Assembly: GCF_048403405.1 (NCBI RefSeq)
Contig: NZ_CP183129.1
DNA from: Escherichia coli
GTDB taxonomy: Bacteria > Pseudomonadota > Gammaproteobacteria > Enterobacterales > Enterobacteriaceae
DNA length: 64,000 nucleotides
Direction: 5' to 3' (one strand)
Under the pieces are notes generated by a model. It worked only from the letters and a program-made list of their open reading frames with translations, had not been told where the DNA came from and did not search any database. The stretch's first letter is position 1. Each line of letters opens with the position of its first letter. The translations under genes and the position numbers were made by a program. Positions 1 through 8,583 of the stretch are shown here, in pieces.

Positions 1-548
1 GGCCGGGAAAGATGCCCCAACACAAACGGCAGCAGCAGTTGCAGCATAATTTTACCGACCTGCTCAAGGCTGCCTCCCGCACCGTGAACATTCATCACCA
101 GACCAACCAGCAATGGTGAAAGGAAAATCCCCAACAGGCTGGATGCTGACGCAGAACAAACCGCTGCCGCAACGTTACCGCCCGCCATTGACGTGAAGGC
201 GATTGCAGACTGCACGGTAGCGGGGAGAATGCACAAGTAGAGAAAACCGGAGTAGAGCATCGGGTCGACATCAACCGGTTTCCACCAGGCAAACAGCATG
301 CCCAGAATCGGAAACAGCACGAAGGTGCTGCACATTACCCACAAATGCAGTCGCCAGTGCCCACCGCCAGCAATAATCGCCTCACGCGACAACTTCGCGC
401 CGTGCATAAAAAACAGCAGGGCAATCGCTGCGGTGGTCAGATTTTCAAAGAAGGGGACGAAATCGCCTCTGGCCGGAAAGAAAGAGGCCAGCAACACCAC
501 CGTGATCAGGGTTAAGGTGAAAGGATCGAGGATACGAAAAAGTTTCAT
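1..548 (-). CDS. yfeH: YfeH, bile acid:sodium symporter family membrane protein (partial; C-terminus lies beyond the window start)
   Basis: Minus-strand reading frame from ATG at 548-546 running off the window start; translation MKLFRILDPFTLTLITVVLLASFFPARGDF... is a hydrophobic multi-TM protein matching YfeH from memory; divergent from the LysR gene as in K-12. Confidence 0.8.
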   Translation of the reverse strand, partial: MKLFRILDPFTLTLITVVLLASFFPARGDFVPFFENLTTAAIALLFFMHGAKLSREAIIAGGGHWRLHLWVMCSTFVLFPILGMLFAWWKPVDVDPMLYSGFLYLCILPATVQSAIAFTSMAGGNVAAAVCSASASSLLGIFLSPLLVGLVMNVHGAGGSLEQVGKIMLQLLLPFVLGHLSR

Positions 549-637
549 AAAGACTCCAGATGATCGATGGTTCTATTGTGCTTCTTCCAGTTTGAGAAAT
601 AAAATTGATTTATTGCATCCATTCATGAAGAAAACAG

Positions 638-1564
638 ATGAATTATTCTTTAAAACAATTAAAGGTTTTCGTCACAGTAGCGCAGGAGAAAAGTTTTAGT
701 CGTGCAGGAGAGCGTATCGGCCTGAGCCAGTCGGCAGTGAGTCACAGTGTGAAGGAGCTGGAATATCATACTGGTGTTCGCCTGCTGGACAGAACCACGC
801 GTGAAGTGGTGCTTACAGATGCAGGGCAGCAGTTGGCTTTGCGTCTTGAGCGACTGCTGGATGAACTGAACAGCACGTTGCGCGATACCGGGCGTATGGG
901 GCAACAACTGAGCGGAAAAGTTCGGGTCGCTGCCAGCCAGACCATTTCCGCGCATCTTATTCCGCAATGCATTGCTGAAAGCCATCGCCGCTATCCAGAT
1001 ATTCAGTTTGTCCTGCACGATCGTCCGCAGCAGTGGGTGATGGAAAGTATTCGTCAGGGAGATGTCGACTTTGGCATCGTCATCGATCCAGGCCCAGTGG
1101 GCGATCTGCAATGTGAAGCGATTCTTTCCGAGCCTTTCTTTCTGCTTTGCCATCGCGATAGCGCTTTGGCCGTGGAAGATTATGTACCCTGGCAGGCATT
1201 ACAGGGAGCGAAATTGGTGTTGCAGGATTACGCGTCAGGCAGCCGACCGCTGATTGACGCAGCGCTGGCGCGCAATGGTATTCAGGCGAATATTGTGCAG
1301 GAGATTGGACATCCGGCGACGCTGTTCCCGATGGTAGCCGCAGGCATCGGCATTAGTATTCTTCCCGCACTGGCGCTGCCGTTACCTGAAGGTAGCCCGC
1401 TGGTGGTAAAGCGCATTACGCCGGTGGTGGAACGCCAGTTGATGCTGGTGCGCAGGAAGAACCGTTCACTTTCCACCGCCGCACAAGCGTTATGGGACGT
1501 GGTACGAGGCCAGGGCCGTGCGCTAATGGCTGGGCGGGAAGGGGAGCCGCTGTATCAGATATAG
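638..1564 (+). CDS. yfeR: LysR-family transcriptional regulator YfeR
   Basis: 308-aa ORF with N-terminal LysR HTH ([23 protein letters not shown]) and C-terminal substrate-binding domain; same length as K-12 YfeR. Confidence 0.9.
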   Translation: MNYSLKQLKVFVTVAQEKSFSRAGERIGLSQSAVSHSVKELEYHTGVRLLDRTTREVVLTDAGQQLALRLERLLDELNSTLRDTGRMGQQLSGKVRVAASQTISAHLIPQCIAESHRRYPDIQFVLHDRPQQWVMESIRQGDVDFGIVIDPGPVGDLQCEAILSEPFFLLCHRDSALAVEDYVPWQALQGAKLVLQDYASGSRPLIDAALARNGIQANIVQEIGHPATLFPMVAAGIGISILPALALPLPEGSPLVVKRITPVVERQLMLVRRKNRSLSTAAQALWDVVRGQGRALMAGREGEPLYQI

Positions 1565-1896
1565 ATATCGATCTGAGTCGTTTTTTCAACAGGATTTGGA
1601 AGGGATGCATTCAAAGACAAACGCTGCTCTTTCTCCTGCGCCTTTTCTGCCTGCTGTCTTTGCAACTGCGCCAGTTGTGTTTCCAGTAGGGTGATTTGCT
1701 GCTGAATCAATTCGGCCTGTTTTTGCTTGTCTTCAGCACTGCCGCTAGTGTCTGCAATCTCTTTAATTTGTTGAGTGAGTTTGATGATTTGCTGACTTAT
1801 CCGCGCAATTTGTGAAGCAACATCGCTACCTTCTGATGCCCTGTTACTACTCTGTGTTTGTATGGAAGGAATTGAAGTTGGAGAGATAGTGGCCAT
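1555..1896 (-). CDS. FlxA-like Q-rich coiled-coil protein (hypothetical)
   Basis: 113-aa ORF with AGGA ribosome-binding site about 8 nt upstream; Gln/Leu-rich heptad-like sequence (LTQQIKEIA...[27 protein letters not shown]) resembling the FlxA-like family; occupies the position where K-12 has xapRBA-yfeN. Confidence 0.5.
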   Translation of the reverse strand: MATISPTSIPSIQTQSSNRASEGSDVASQIARISQQIIKLTQQIKEIADTSGSAEDKQKQAELIQQQITLLETQLAQLQRQQAEKAQEKEQRLSLNASLPNPVEKTTQIDIYI

Positions 1897-1984
1897 TGTT
1901 CAGTCCTCGTCACTGTACGAGGTAATATCGGCAGAAGAACAAGGAACTTGAGAAGAAAAATCAATCTTACAAACCGCATATAGC

Positions 1985-2011
1985 AAAAAAGCGCCTTTAG
2001 GGCGCTTTTTT
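1985..2011. terminator. Bidirectional intrinsic terminator (A-run, gcgcc/ggcgc stem, T-run) downstream of the minus-strand tRNA operon
   Basis: aaaaaagcgcctttagggcgctttttt: 5-bp GC stem flanked by A6 and T6. Confidence 0.5.
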
Positions 2012-2015
2012 ACAT

Positions 2016-2091
2016 TGGTGGGTCGTGCAGGATTCGAACCTGCGACCAATTGATTAAAAGTCAACTGCTCTACCAACTGAGCTAACGACCC
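2016..2091 (-). tRNA. lysV: tRNA-Lys (anticodon UUU)
   Basis: Reverse complement reads gggtcgttagctcagttggtagagcagttgacttttaatcaattggtcgcaggttcgaatcctgcacgacccacca, the E. coli tRNA-Lys sequence with CCA end. Confidence 0.95.
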
Positions 2092-2095
2092 GAAG

Positions 2096-2171
2096 TGGTG
2101 GGTGATGACGGGATCGAACCGCCGACCCCCTCCTTGTAAGGGAGGTGCTCTCCCAGCTGAGCTAATCACCC
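2096..2171 (-). tRNA. valY: tRNA-Val (anticodon UAC)
   Basis: Reverse complement gggtgattagctcagctgggagagcacctcccttacaaggagggggtcggcggttcgatcccgtcatcacccacca; first of three identical copies. Copy naming (valY/valX/valU) follows K-12 order from memory. Confidence 0.95.
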
Positions 2172-2217
2172 ACTTCGGTACTTCACATTTTTACAAGAAA
2201 TTTAGCTGGCGAGAAAG

Positions 2218-2293
2218 TGGTGGGTGATGACGGGATCGAACCGCCGACCCCCTCCTTGTAAGGGAGGTGCTCTCCCAGCTGAGCTAATCACCC
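2218..2293 (-). tRNA. valX: tRNA-Val (anticodon UAC)
   Basis: Identical 76-nt tRNA-Val copy. Confidence 0.95.
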
Positions 2294-2337
2294 ACTTCTC
2301 AATTTCTTGCTACACGGCGGAGACTACATAAAGTAGT

Positions 2338-2413
2338 TGGTGGGTGATGACGGGATCGAACCGCCGACCCCCTCCTTGTAAGGGAGGTGCTCTCCCAGCT
2401 GAGCTAATCACCC
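2338..2413 (-). tRNA. valU: tRNA-Val (anticodon UAC)
   Basis: Identical 76-nt tRNA-Val copy. Confidence 0.95.
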
Positions 2414-2671
2414 CCGCTGTGTGGAGTCGCATTATAGGGAGAGTTCAAAATGAGTCAACGCATTTTCTAAAGAAATTGTTCGTTCGTCGTAAATTTAAGC
2501 AAGATGATCGCAAAACAGACCGTGTTGCGCAATTTGTCAACGAAAACAATAATGCGTAAGGTTGCAACCCGAACTACATTGAGGAATCAGGCGGGAGTGA
2601 TAGAATATCGCCCACTCAATTTTTCCAGGATTTGCCGGTTGTCGGCATCTTTCTAAACGTAAGGCCATTTC

Positions 2672-4087
2672 ATGAAAATCAAAACTCGCTTCGCGCCAAG
2701 CCCAACAGGCTATCTGCACGTTGGCGGCGCGCGTACTGCTCTTTACTCCTGGCTTTTTGCACGTAACCACGGCGGTGAGTTCGTGCTGCGTATTGAAGAC
2801 ACCGATCTTGAGCGTTCCACGCCGGAAGCTATCGAAGCCATTATGGATGGCATGAACTGGCTGAGCCTGGAGTGGGATGAAGGTCCGTACTTCCAGACCA
2901 AACGTTTTGATCGCTACAACGCGGTGATCGATCAGATGCTGGAAGAGGGCACAGCTTATAAATGCTATTGCTCTAAAGAGCGCCTGGAAGCGCTGCGCGA
3001 AGAGCAAATGGCGAAAGGTGAGAAGCCGCGTTATGACGGTCGCTGCCGCCACAGCCATGAGCATCATGCTGATGATGAACCGTGTGTTGTACGTTTTGCT
3101 AACCCGCAGGAAGGTTCTGTTGTTTTTGACGATCAGATCCGTGGTCCGATCGAATTCAGCAACCAGGAGCTGGATGATCTGATTATCCGTCGTACCGATG
3201 GTTCTCCAACCTATAACTTCTGTGTGGTGGTTGACGACTGGGATATGGAAATCACCCACGTTATCCGTGGCGAAGACCATATCAACAACACGCCACGCCA
3301 GATCAACATTCTTAAAGCACTGAAAGCGCCGGTACCGGTTTACGCGCACGTTTCTATGATCAACGGCGATGACGGCAAAAAACTGTCCAAACGTCACGGG
3401 GCGGTCAGCGTAATGCAGTATCGTGATGACGGTTATTTGCCAGAAGCACTGCTGAACTATCTGGTGCGTCTGGGCTGGTCCCACGGCGATCAGGAAATCT
3501 TCACTCGTGAAGAGATGATCAAATACTTCACCCTGAATGCCGTCAGCAAATCTGCCAGTGCGTTCAACACCGACAAGCTGCTGTGGCTGAACCATCACTA
3601 CATTAACGCGCTGCCGCCGGAGTATGTTGCTACTCAATTACAGTGGCACATTGAGCAGGAAAATATCGATACCCGTAACGGCCCGCAGCTGGCTGATCTG
3701 GTGAAACTACTGGGTGAACGCTGCAAGACGCTGAAAGAGATGGCACAGAGCTGCCGCTATTTCTACGAAGATTTTGCTGAGTTCGATGCCGACGCCGCGA
3801 AAAAACATCTGCGTCCGGTAGCGCGTCAGCCGCTGGAAGTGGTTCGTGACAAACTGGCCGCGATTACTGACTGGACCGCTGAAAACGTTCATCACGCTAT
3901 TCAGGCGACGGCGGATGAGCTGGAAGTGGGGATGGGTAAAGTTGGTATGCCGCTGCGTGTCGCCGTAACCGGTGCGGGGCAGTCTCCGGCGCTGGATGTT
4001 ACCGTTCACGCAATCGGTAAGACCCGCAGTATCGAGCGTATCAACAAAGCGCTGGCTTTTATTGCTGAACGCGAAAATCAGCAGTAA
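2672..4087 (+). CDS. gltX: Glutamate--tRNA ligase
   Basis: 471-aa ORF; class I aaRS HIGH motif ([18 protein letters not shown]) and KMSKS-like KLSKRHG; length equals K-12 GltX. Confidence 0.95.
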   Translation: MKIKTRFAPSPTGYLHVGGARTALYSWLFARNHGGEFVLRIEDTDLERSTPEAIEAIMDGMNWLSLEWDEGPYFQTKRFDRYNAVIDQMLEEGTAYKCYCSKERLEALREEQMAKGEKPRYDGRCRHSHEHHADDEPCVVRFANPQEGSVVFDDQIRGPIEFSNQELDDLIIRRTDGSPTYNFCVVVDDWDMEITHVIRGEDHINNTPRQINILKALKAPVPVYAHVSMINGDDGKKLSKRHGAVSVMQYRDDGYLPEALLNYLVRLGWSHGDQEIFTREEMIKYFTLNAVSKSASAFNTDKLLWLNHHYINALPPEYVATQLQWHIEQENIDTRNGPQLADLVKLLGERCKTLKEMAQSCRYFYEDFAEFDADAAKKHLRPVARQPLEVVRDKLAAITDWTAENVHHAIQATADELEVGMGKVGMPLRVAVTGAGQSPALDVTVHAIGKTRSIERINKALAFIAERENQQ

Positions 4088-4106
4088 TTAGCGCATAAAA
4101 GATAAA

Positions 4107-4136
4107 CGGCAGGAGAGATACCCCTGCCGTTTTTTA
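4107..4136 (+). terminator. Intrinsic terminator of gltX
   Basis: cggcagg...cctgccg 7-bp stem followed by T6 immediately after the gltX stop. Confidence 0.6.
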
Positions 4137-4200
4137 TTTATCCGGTGCGCCGTAAAACCCCGTCCTTCAGGGCGGGGATATAAGGCGCGGTTTTCCACCT

Positions 4201-4630
4201 GACCAGGTGTTTGCTGTTGTTCAATGTATTGGCGGATGACGGATATTGGCGCACCTCCGCAGCTACTGGCAAAATAGCCAGGACTCCACAAAACGCCTTT
4301 GTAGTAATACCTGACGGCAATATCTGGTCGATCTCGTCGCAGTCACCTACCCGATACGCCTTTGAGGCTGTTTACCAGACTGGATATCGCCAGTTTGGGA
4401 GGATAGTTAATTAACAAATGGACGTGATCTGGTTCGCCATCCATTTCAACCAGTTCAGCTTCAAAATCAGCACATACCTTTGAAAAGTAAGTGCGTAGTT
4501 TTTCTGTCGCGTCATGGTCAAAAATCTGGCGTCGGTATCTGGTGACAAAGACCAGGTGAACATGCATCAGGAAAACACAATGCCTTCCACGCCGGATATC
4601 GGTTTCTTTTTTCACAGACCAAAGTATCAT
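4201..4630 (-). pseudogene. tnpA: IS200/IS605 TnpA (Y1 HUH transposase), frameshifted
   Basis: N-terminal part with HUH motif (DHVHLLINYPP) in ORF 4343-4630; the C-terminal part with the catalytic Tyr region (LWSPGYFASSCGGAPISVIRQYIEQQ) is in another frame (ORF 4088-4291), so the gene is split by a frameshift near 4292-4342. Confidence 0.6.
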
Positions 4631-4637
4631 TTGGCCT

Positions 4638-5846
4638 GTGAAACGACTACAGGCATTTAAATTCCAGTTAAGACCCGGTGGTCAACAGGAGCGTGAAATG
4701 AGGCGCTTCGCAGGCGCATGTCGTTTCGTTTTCAATCGTGCTCTGGCGCTTCAGAATGAGAATCATGAGGCCGGTAATAAATACATCCCTTACGGGAAAA
4801 TGGCTTCCTGGCTGGTTGAGTGGAAAAACGCCACTGAAACGCAATGGCTTAAAGATTCGCCCTCACAGCCATTGCAACAGTCACTGAAAGACCTTGAGCG
4901 GGCTTACAAAAACTTCTTCCGGAAGCGGGCTGCTTTTCCCCGATTCAAAAAGCGGGGACAGAATGATGCATTCCGCTACCCGCAGGGCGTTAAGCTCGAT
5001 CAGGAAAACAGCCGTATTTTTCTGCCGAAACTTGGCTGGATGCGCTACCGGAATAGCCGTCAGGTCACGGGTGTTGTGAAAAATGTCACTGTCTGCCAGT
5101 CCTGCGGTAAGTGGTACATCAGTATTCAGACAGAAAGTGAAGTATCAACTCCGGTTCACCCTTCAGCATCAATGGTCGGGCTGGATGCTGGCGTGGCTAA
5201 ACTCGCCACGCTGTCAGATGGCACAGTCTTTGAGCCTGTAAACAGTTTTCAGAAAAACCAGAAGAAGCTGGCGAGACTTCAGCGACAGTTAAGCCGCAAG
5301 GTCAAATTCAGCAACAACTGGCAGAAGCAGAAACGCAAAATACAGCGACTGCATTCCTGTATCGCAAATATCCGCAGGGACTACCTTCATAAAGTCACAA
5401 CGACCGTCAGCAAAAACCACGCAATGATAGTCATTGAGGATTTGAAGGTCAGTAACATGTCAAAGTCAGCAGCGGGTACGGTCAGCCAGCCGCGGCGCAA
5501 TGTCCGGGCAAAATCAGGTTTAAACCGTTCGATACTGGATCAGGGCAGGTATGAAATGCGCCGCCAGCTTGAGTACAAGCAGCTCTGGCGTGGCGGTCAG
5601 GTGCTTGCTGTTCCGCCAGCGTACACAAGCCAGCGTTGCGCGTGCTGTGGTCATACAGCGAAAGAAAATCGCCTGTCACAAAGTCAATTCAGATGCCAGG
5701 TATGTGGATATACAGCGAACGCCGATGTAAACGGCGCTCGTAACATTTTAGCGGCGGGGCACGCCGTTCTTGCCTGTGGAGAGATGGTGCAGTCAGGCCG
5801 CCCGTTGAAGCAGGAACCCACCGAAATGATTCAGGCGACAGCCTGA
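4638..5846 (+). CDS. tnpB: TnpB (OrfB_IS605, RuvC-like RNA-guided nuclease family)
   Basis: 402-aa ORF with split RuvC motifs ([22 protein letters not shown]) and a C-terminal Zn-ribbon (CACCGH...CQVCGY). Confidence 0.85.
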   Translation: MKRLQAFKFQLRPGGQQEREMRRFAGACRFVFNRALALQNENHEAGNKYIPYGKMASWLVEWKNATETQWLKDSPSQPLQQSLKDLERAYKNFFRKRAAFPRFKKRGQNDAFRYPQGVKLDQENSRIFLPKLGWMRYRNSRQVTGVVKNVTVCQSCGKWYISIQTESEVSTPVHPSASMVGLDAGVAKLATLSDGTVFEPVNSFQKNQKKLARLQRQLSRKVKFSNNWQKQKRKIQRLHSCIANIRRDYLHKVTTTVSKNHAMIVIEDLKVSNMSKSAAGTVSQPRRNVRAKSGLNRSILDQGRYEMRRQLEYKQLWRGGQVLAVPPAYTSQRCACCGHTAKENRLSQSQFRCQVCGYTANADVNGARNILAAGHAVLACGEMVQSGRPLKQEPTEMIQATA

Positions 5847-5885
5847 ACGTAGCAGGGATCCTCGTCATTCAGGGCGTGGAGGATG
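5700..5885 (+). ncRNA. Putative omega (right-end) RNA of the TnpB element; position inferred
   Basis: In characterised IS200/IS605 elements the TnpB guide RNA is encoded by the 3' end of tnpB plus the right end; inferred by analogy only, no structure computed. Confidence 0.25.
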
Positions 5886-6170
5886 TCAAGCTGATTCATC
5901 TATGTCGAGACGAGCAAGGAAATTACGAATTCCTTCGCGTGACAAAAATTGCGCAACTTTTTCCTGCTCACTGTGAGTCATGTTGTCTATTGCGCTGATG
6001 ATTTGCCGATAAGCAGGAGTGCGAATCCCCGGTGCGTATTCGGCAAGGGGTTCTTCGGCTTCCAGAAGCATCGGCGTGTTATGGAAGGCTGGCGTGTTCT
6101 GAATAAACTCGCAAACTTGCGTATCGACCAGAATAAGTCTGGCACGACCGCCTTTCACGCCAGGAAATTT
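5886..6170 (-). pseudogene. yfeD: yfeD C-terminal fragment (DUF1323, YfeC paralog), separated from its N-terminus by an IS insertion
   Basis: Minus-strand frame encodes KFPGVKGGRARLILVDTQVCEFIQNT..., homologous to YfeC residues PGVQGGKARLVHVNEQVREYIRNA; no start codon in-frame before the IS boundary. Confidence 0.7.
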
Positions 6171-6236
6171 AATGAGATGGTCACTCCCTCCTTCCCGGTA
6201 CTATGCTGAGGACAGGCTTTCATTCGGAGAACTATC

Positions 6237-7241
6237 ATGGAAAACATTGCGCTCATTGGTATCGATCTGGGTAAAAACTCTTTCCATATTCATTGCCAGG
6301 ATCGTCGCGGGAAGGCTGTTTACCGTAAAAAATTTACCCGGCCAAAGTTGATCGAATTTTTGGCGACATGCCCCGCTACAACCATCGCAATGGAAGCCTG
6401 TGGCGGTTCTCACTTTATGGCACGCAAGTTGGAAGAGTTGGGGCATTCCCCAAAGCTGATATCACCACAATTTGTCCGCCCGTTCGTTAAAAGCAATAAA
6501 AACGACTTTGTCGACGCCGAAGCTATTTGTGAAGCTGCATCGCGTCCGTCTATGCGTTTTGTGCAGCCCAGAACGGAATCTCAGCAGGCAATGCGGGCTC
6601 TGCATCGTGTCCGTGAATCCCTGGTTCAGGATAAGGTAAAAACAACCAATCAAATGCATGCTTTTCTGCTGGAATTTGGCATTAGCGTTCCCCGAGGAGC
6701 TGCCGTTATTAGCCGACTGAGTACCATTCTTGAGGATAATAGTTTGCCTCTTTACCTCAGCCAGTTATTGCTGAAATTACAACAGCATTATCACTATCTT
6801 GTTGAGCAGATTAAAGATTTGGAATCCCAGTTGAAACGAAAGTTGGACGAAGATGAGGTTGGACAGCGCTTGCTGAGCATTCCCTGCGTCGGAACACTGA
6901 CAGCGAGTACTATTTCAACTGAGATTGGCGACGGGAAGCAGTACGCCAGCAGCCGTGACTTTGCGGCGGCAACAGGGCTTGTACCTCGGCAGTACAGCAC
7001 GGGAGGTAGGACGACATTGCTGGGAATTAGTAAGCGAGGTAATAAAAAGATCCGAACTTTGTTGGTTCAATGTGCCAGGGTATTCATACAAAAACTGGAA
7101 CACCAGTCTGGCAAATTGGCCGATTGGGTCAGGGATTTACTGTGCCGGAAAAGCAACTTTGTCGTCACTTGTGCTCTGGCAAACAAGCTGGCCAGAATAG
7201 CCTGGGCCCTAACGGCACGACAGCAAACTTATGTAGCATAA
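6237..7241 (+). CDS. IS110-family transposase/recombinase (DEDD RuvC-like N-domain)
   Basis: 334-aa ORF; N-terminal IGIDLGK motif and C-terminal domain (LLSIPCVGTLTASTI...GLVPRQYSTGGRTTLLGISKRGNKKIR) typical of IS110-family Tnp; GGAG ribosome-binding site 7 nt upstream. Confidence 0.85.
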   Translation: MENIALIGIDLGKNSFHIHCQDRRGKAVYRKKFTRPKLIEFLATCPATTIAMEACGGSHFMARKLEELGHSPKLISPQFVRPFVKSNKNDFVDAEAICEAASRPSMRFVQPRTESQQAMRALHRVRESLVQDKVKTTNQMHAFLLEFGISVPRGAAVISRLSTILEDNSLPLYLSQLLLKLQQHYHYLVEQIKDLESQLKRKLDEDEVGQRLLSIPCVGTLTASTISTEIGDGKQYASSRDFAAATGLVPRQYSTGGRTTLLGISKRGNKKIRTLLVQCARVFIQKLEHQSGKLADWVRDLLCRKSNFVVTCALANKLARIAWALTARQQTYVA

Positions 7242-7496
7242 CGGCAGAAATACACCGGTTTAAAGAATTACTGATCTGGTTTTGCGAATACTGATATTGA
7301 TGATACTAACGGCCCACCGGCCTGTTGAGGAACCTGTAAAACGGAAAGGCTCATTGAAGCCGTATATTTTCTGGAGGTTCATCAGGCGCGGAACTCATCA
7401 AGGCGCGGGAATAAAATCCCATTCAGACGCCGGATAGATTCAAGCAAGCCAACTTGTCGTCAAAATCGGTGTTGCAAAAACGGGAGTGACCATAGA
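7242..7496 (+). ncRNA. Non-coding right end of the IS110-family element; candidate bridge-RNA locus
   Basis: 255-bp non-coding region between the tnp stop and the element end; in IS110-family elements a structured guide (bridge) RNA is encoded in the longer non-coding end. Inferred; no fold computed. Confidence 0.3.
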
Positions 7497-7604
7497 TTCC
7501 GTTTTCCAGCCTTTTTCTCTGATCCAACGGTTAACAGTTTGTTTAGCCACACCGAGGCATTCAGCCAGTTCTTCGGTGGTCATTTTATTGCGTAATCTTT
7601 TCAT
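7497..7604 (-). pseudogene. yfeD: yfeD N-terminal fragment (36 codons)
   Basis: ATG at 7604 one nt after the yfeC stop; encodes MKRLRNKMTTEELAECLGVAKQTVNRWIREKGWKTE (HTH-like, paralogous to the YfeC N-terminus), then reads into IS sequence. Confidence 0.7.
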
Positions 7605-7605
7605 A

Positions 7606-7965
7606 TTATTTGCTATCGCGAATCCCTAAGCGTTGTAATAATCCGATAATCCCTTCCCGCAGAAGCAAGGATGTAAACTGTTTTTGTTCAACTGGCGTCA
7701 TCTCTTTCGCCAGTGTCACCAGCAACACTTCAAGCGGCGCATCACCAGAAAGGGCAGGCGCTTCTCCCTGACCTTCTGGACGTTCAGCATTGCGAATATA
7801 TTCACGAACCTGTTCATTGACGTGAACCAGTCGGGCTTTGCCACCCTGGACGCCAGGTTTTGGTGACGTTGTCCAGCCTTCCTTGCGTACCCATTTATTA
7901 ATGGTCTGGCGGCTATAGCCGGTCAGTCTGGCAAGTTCATCTGGCGTCATCCTCTCCTTGAACAT
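7606..7965 (-). CDS. yfeC: YfeC (DUF1323 putative DNA-binding protein)
   Basis: 119-aa ORF MFKERMTPDELARLTGYSRQTINKWVRKEGW...; conserved position upstream of the tRNA-Ala genes. Confidence 0.85.
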   Translation of the reverse strand: MFKERMTPDELARLTGYSRQTINKWVRKEGWTTSPKPGVQGGKARLVHVNEQVREYIRNAERPEGQGEAPALSGDAPLEVLLVTLAKEMTPVEQKQFTSLLLREGIIGLLQRLGIRDSK

Positions 7966-8185
7966 AACAATTCCCTGAATGTATGTGGGTCTATTAGTAG
8001 TTCATTTTATAACACCACTTTACAGGAAACCGTGACATGAATAACTACTGAATGCGAGCGGTTTTCCAAAATTGTTCATTTGCCTGATTTTTCAGCGATT
8101 GAAACTACACGTTGCAATTTGCCGTTGACACATTCGGGCGGAATTCATATGATGCCGCCCGTCAACTCGACAAGCTTTACGTGAC

Positions 8186-8261
<76 letters not shown>

Positions 8262-8300
8262 AATTTTGCACCCAGCAAATTTGGTACGTAAACGCATCGT

Positions 8301-8376
<76 letters not shown>

Positions 8377-8385
8377 AATTTCCAA

Positions 8386-8412
8386 CCCTCGCTGCAAAGC
8401 GGGGGTTTTTTG
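8386..8412 (+). terminator. Intrinsic terminator after the tRNA-Ala pair
   Basis: ccctcgc/gcggggg stem (one G-U pair) followed by T6. Confidence 0.5.
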
Positions 8413-8583
8413 TCTCTGCTTTTTGCCGCTTTTGTAATACAGTCTACGTCCGGGTTAGCGCCGCCTGGTGAAAGCATCATTGGATGAAAAATCGGCAACA
8501 GGCTGGCCCCTGTTTGCTTCGCGATGCGAATAAACTTATTATTTGTGTGCCTGAAAACCCCGATCAGTGAGAGTAGTGTACTC

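Larger units (their letters stand above)
4140..5885 (+). mobile_element. IS200/IS605-family insertion sequence (IS605-like, divergent tnpA/tnpB); ends approximate
   Basis: Divergent Y1-transposase (tnpA) and TnpB genes between the gltX terminator and the yfeD stop; boundaries estimated from the flanking host genes, not from identified end hairpins. Confidence 0.6.
6171..7496 (+). mobile_element. IS110-family insertion sequence (IS1111-like: subterminal inverted repeats, non-coding 3' end) inserted in yfeD
   Basis: 1326-bp insert between the two halves of yfeD; 12-bp subterminal inverted repeats atggtcactccc (6177-6188) and gggagtgaccat (7482-7493); single DEDD-type transposase ORF. Confidence 0.7.

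Noticed and set aside
298..699. 133-aa plus-strand ORF overlapping the yfeH start and the yfeR promoter region
   Set aside because: Overlaps the antisense strand of the yfeH 5' end and runs into yfeR out of frame; the divergent yfeH/yfeR arrangement explains the region better.
2537..3637. 366-aa minus-strand ORF antisense to gltX
   Set aside because: Lies entirely within the well-supported gltX coding region on the opposite strand, with no recognisable motifs; typical spurious antisense ORF in a GC-balanced gene.
4088..4291. Stand-alone 67-aa minus-strand ORF downstream of gltX
   Set aside because: Its N-terminal 30 residues are the conserved C-terminal region of IS200/IS605 TnpA, so it is the frameshifted 3' part of tnpA rather than a separate gene; the remainder reads through the gltX terminator.
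7242..7330. Specific sigma70 promoter for a bridge RNA in the IS110-element 3' end (TTGCGA ... TACTAA)
   Set aside because: The -10 match is weak, and in characterised IS110-family elements the guide-RNA promoter is often reconstituted only across the circle junction, so no promoter is called.
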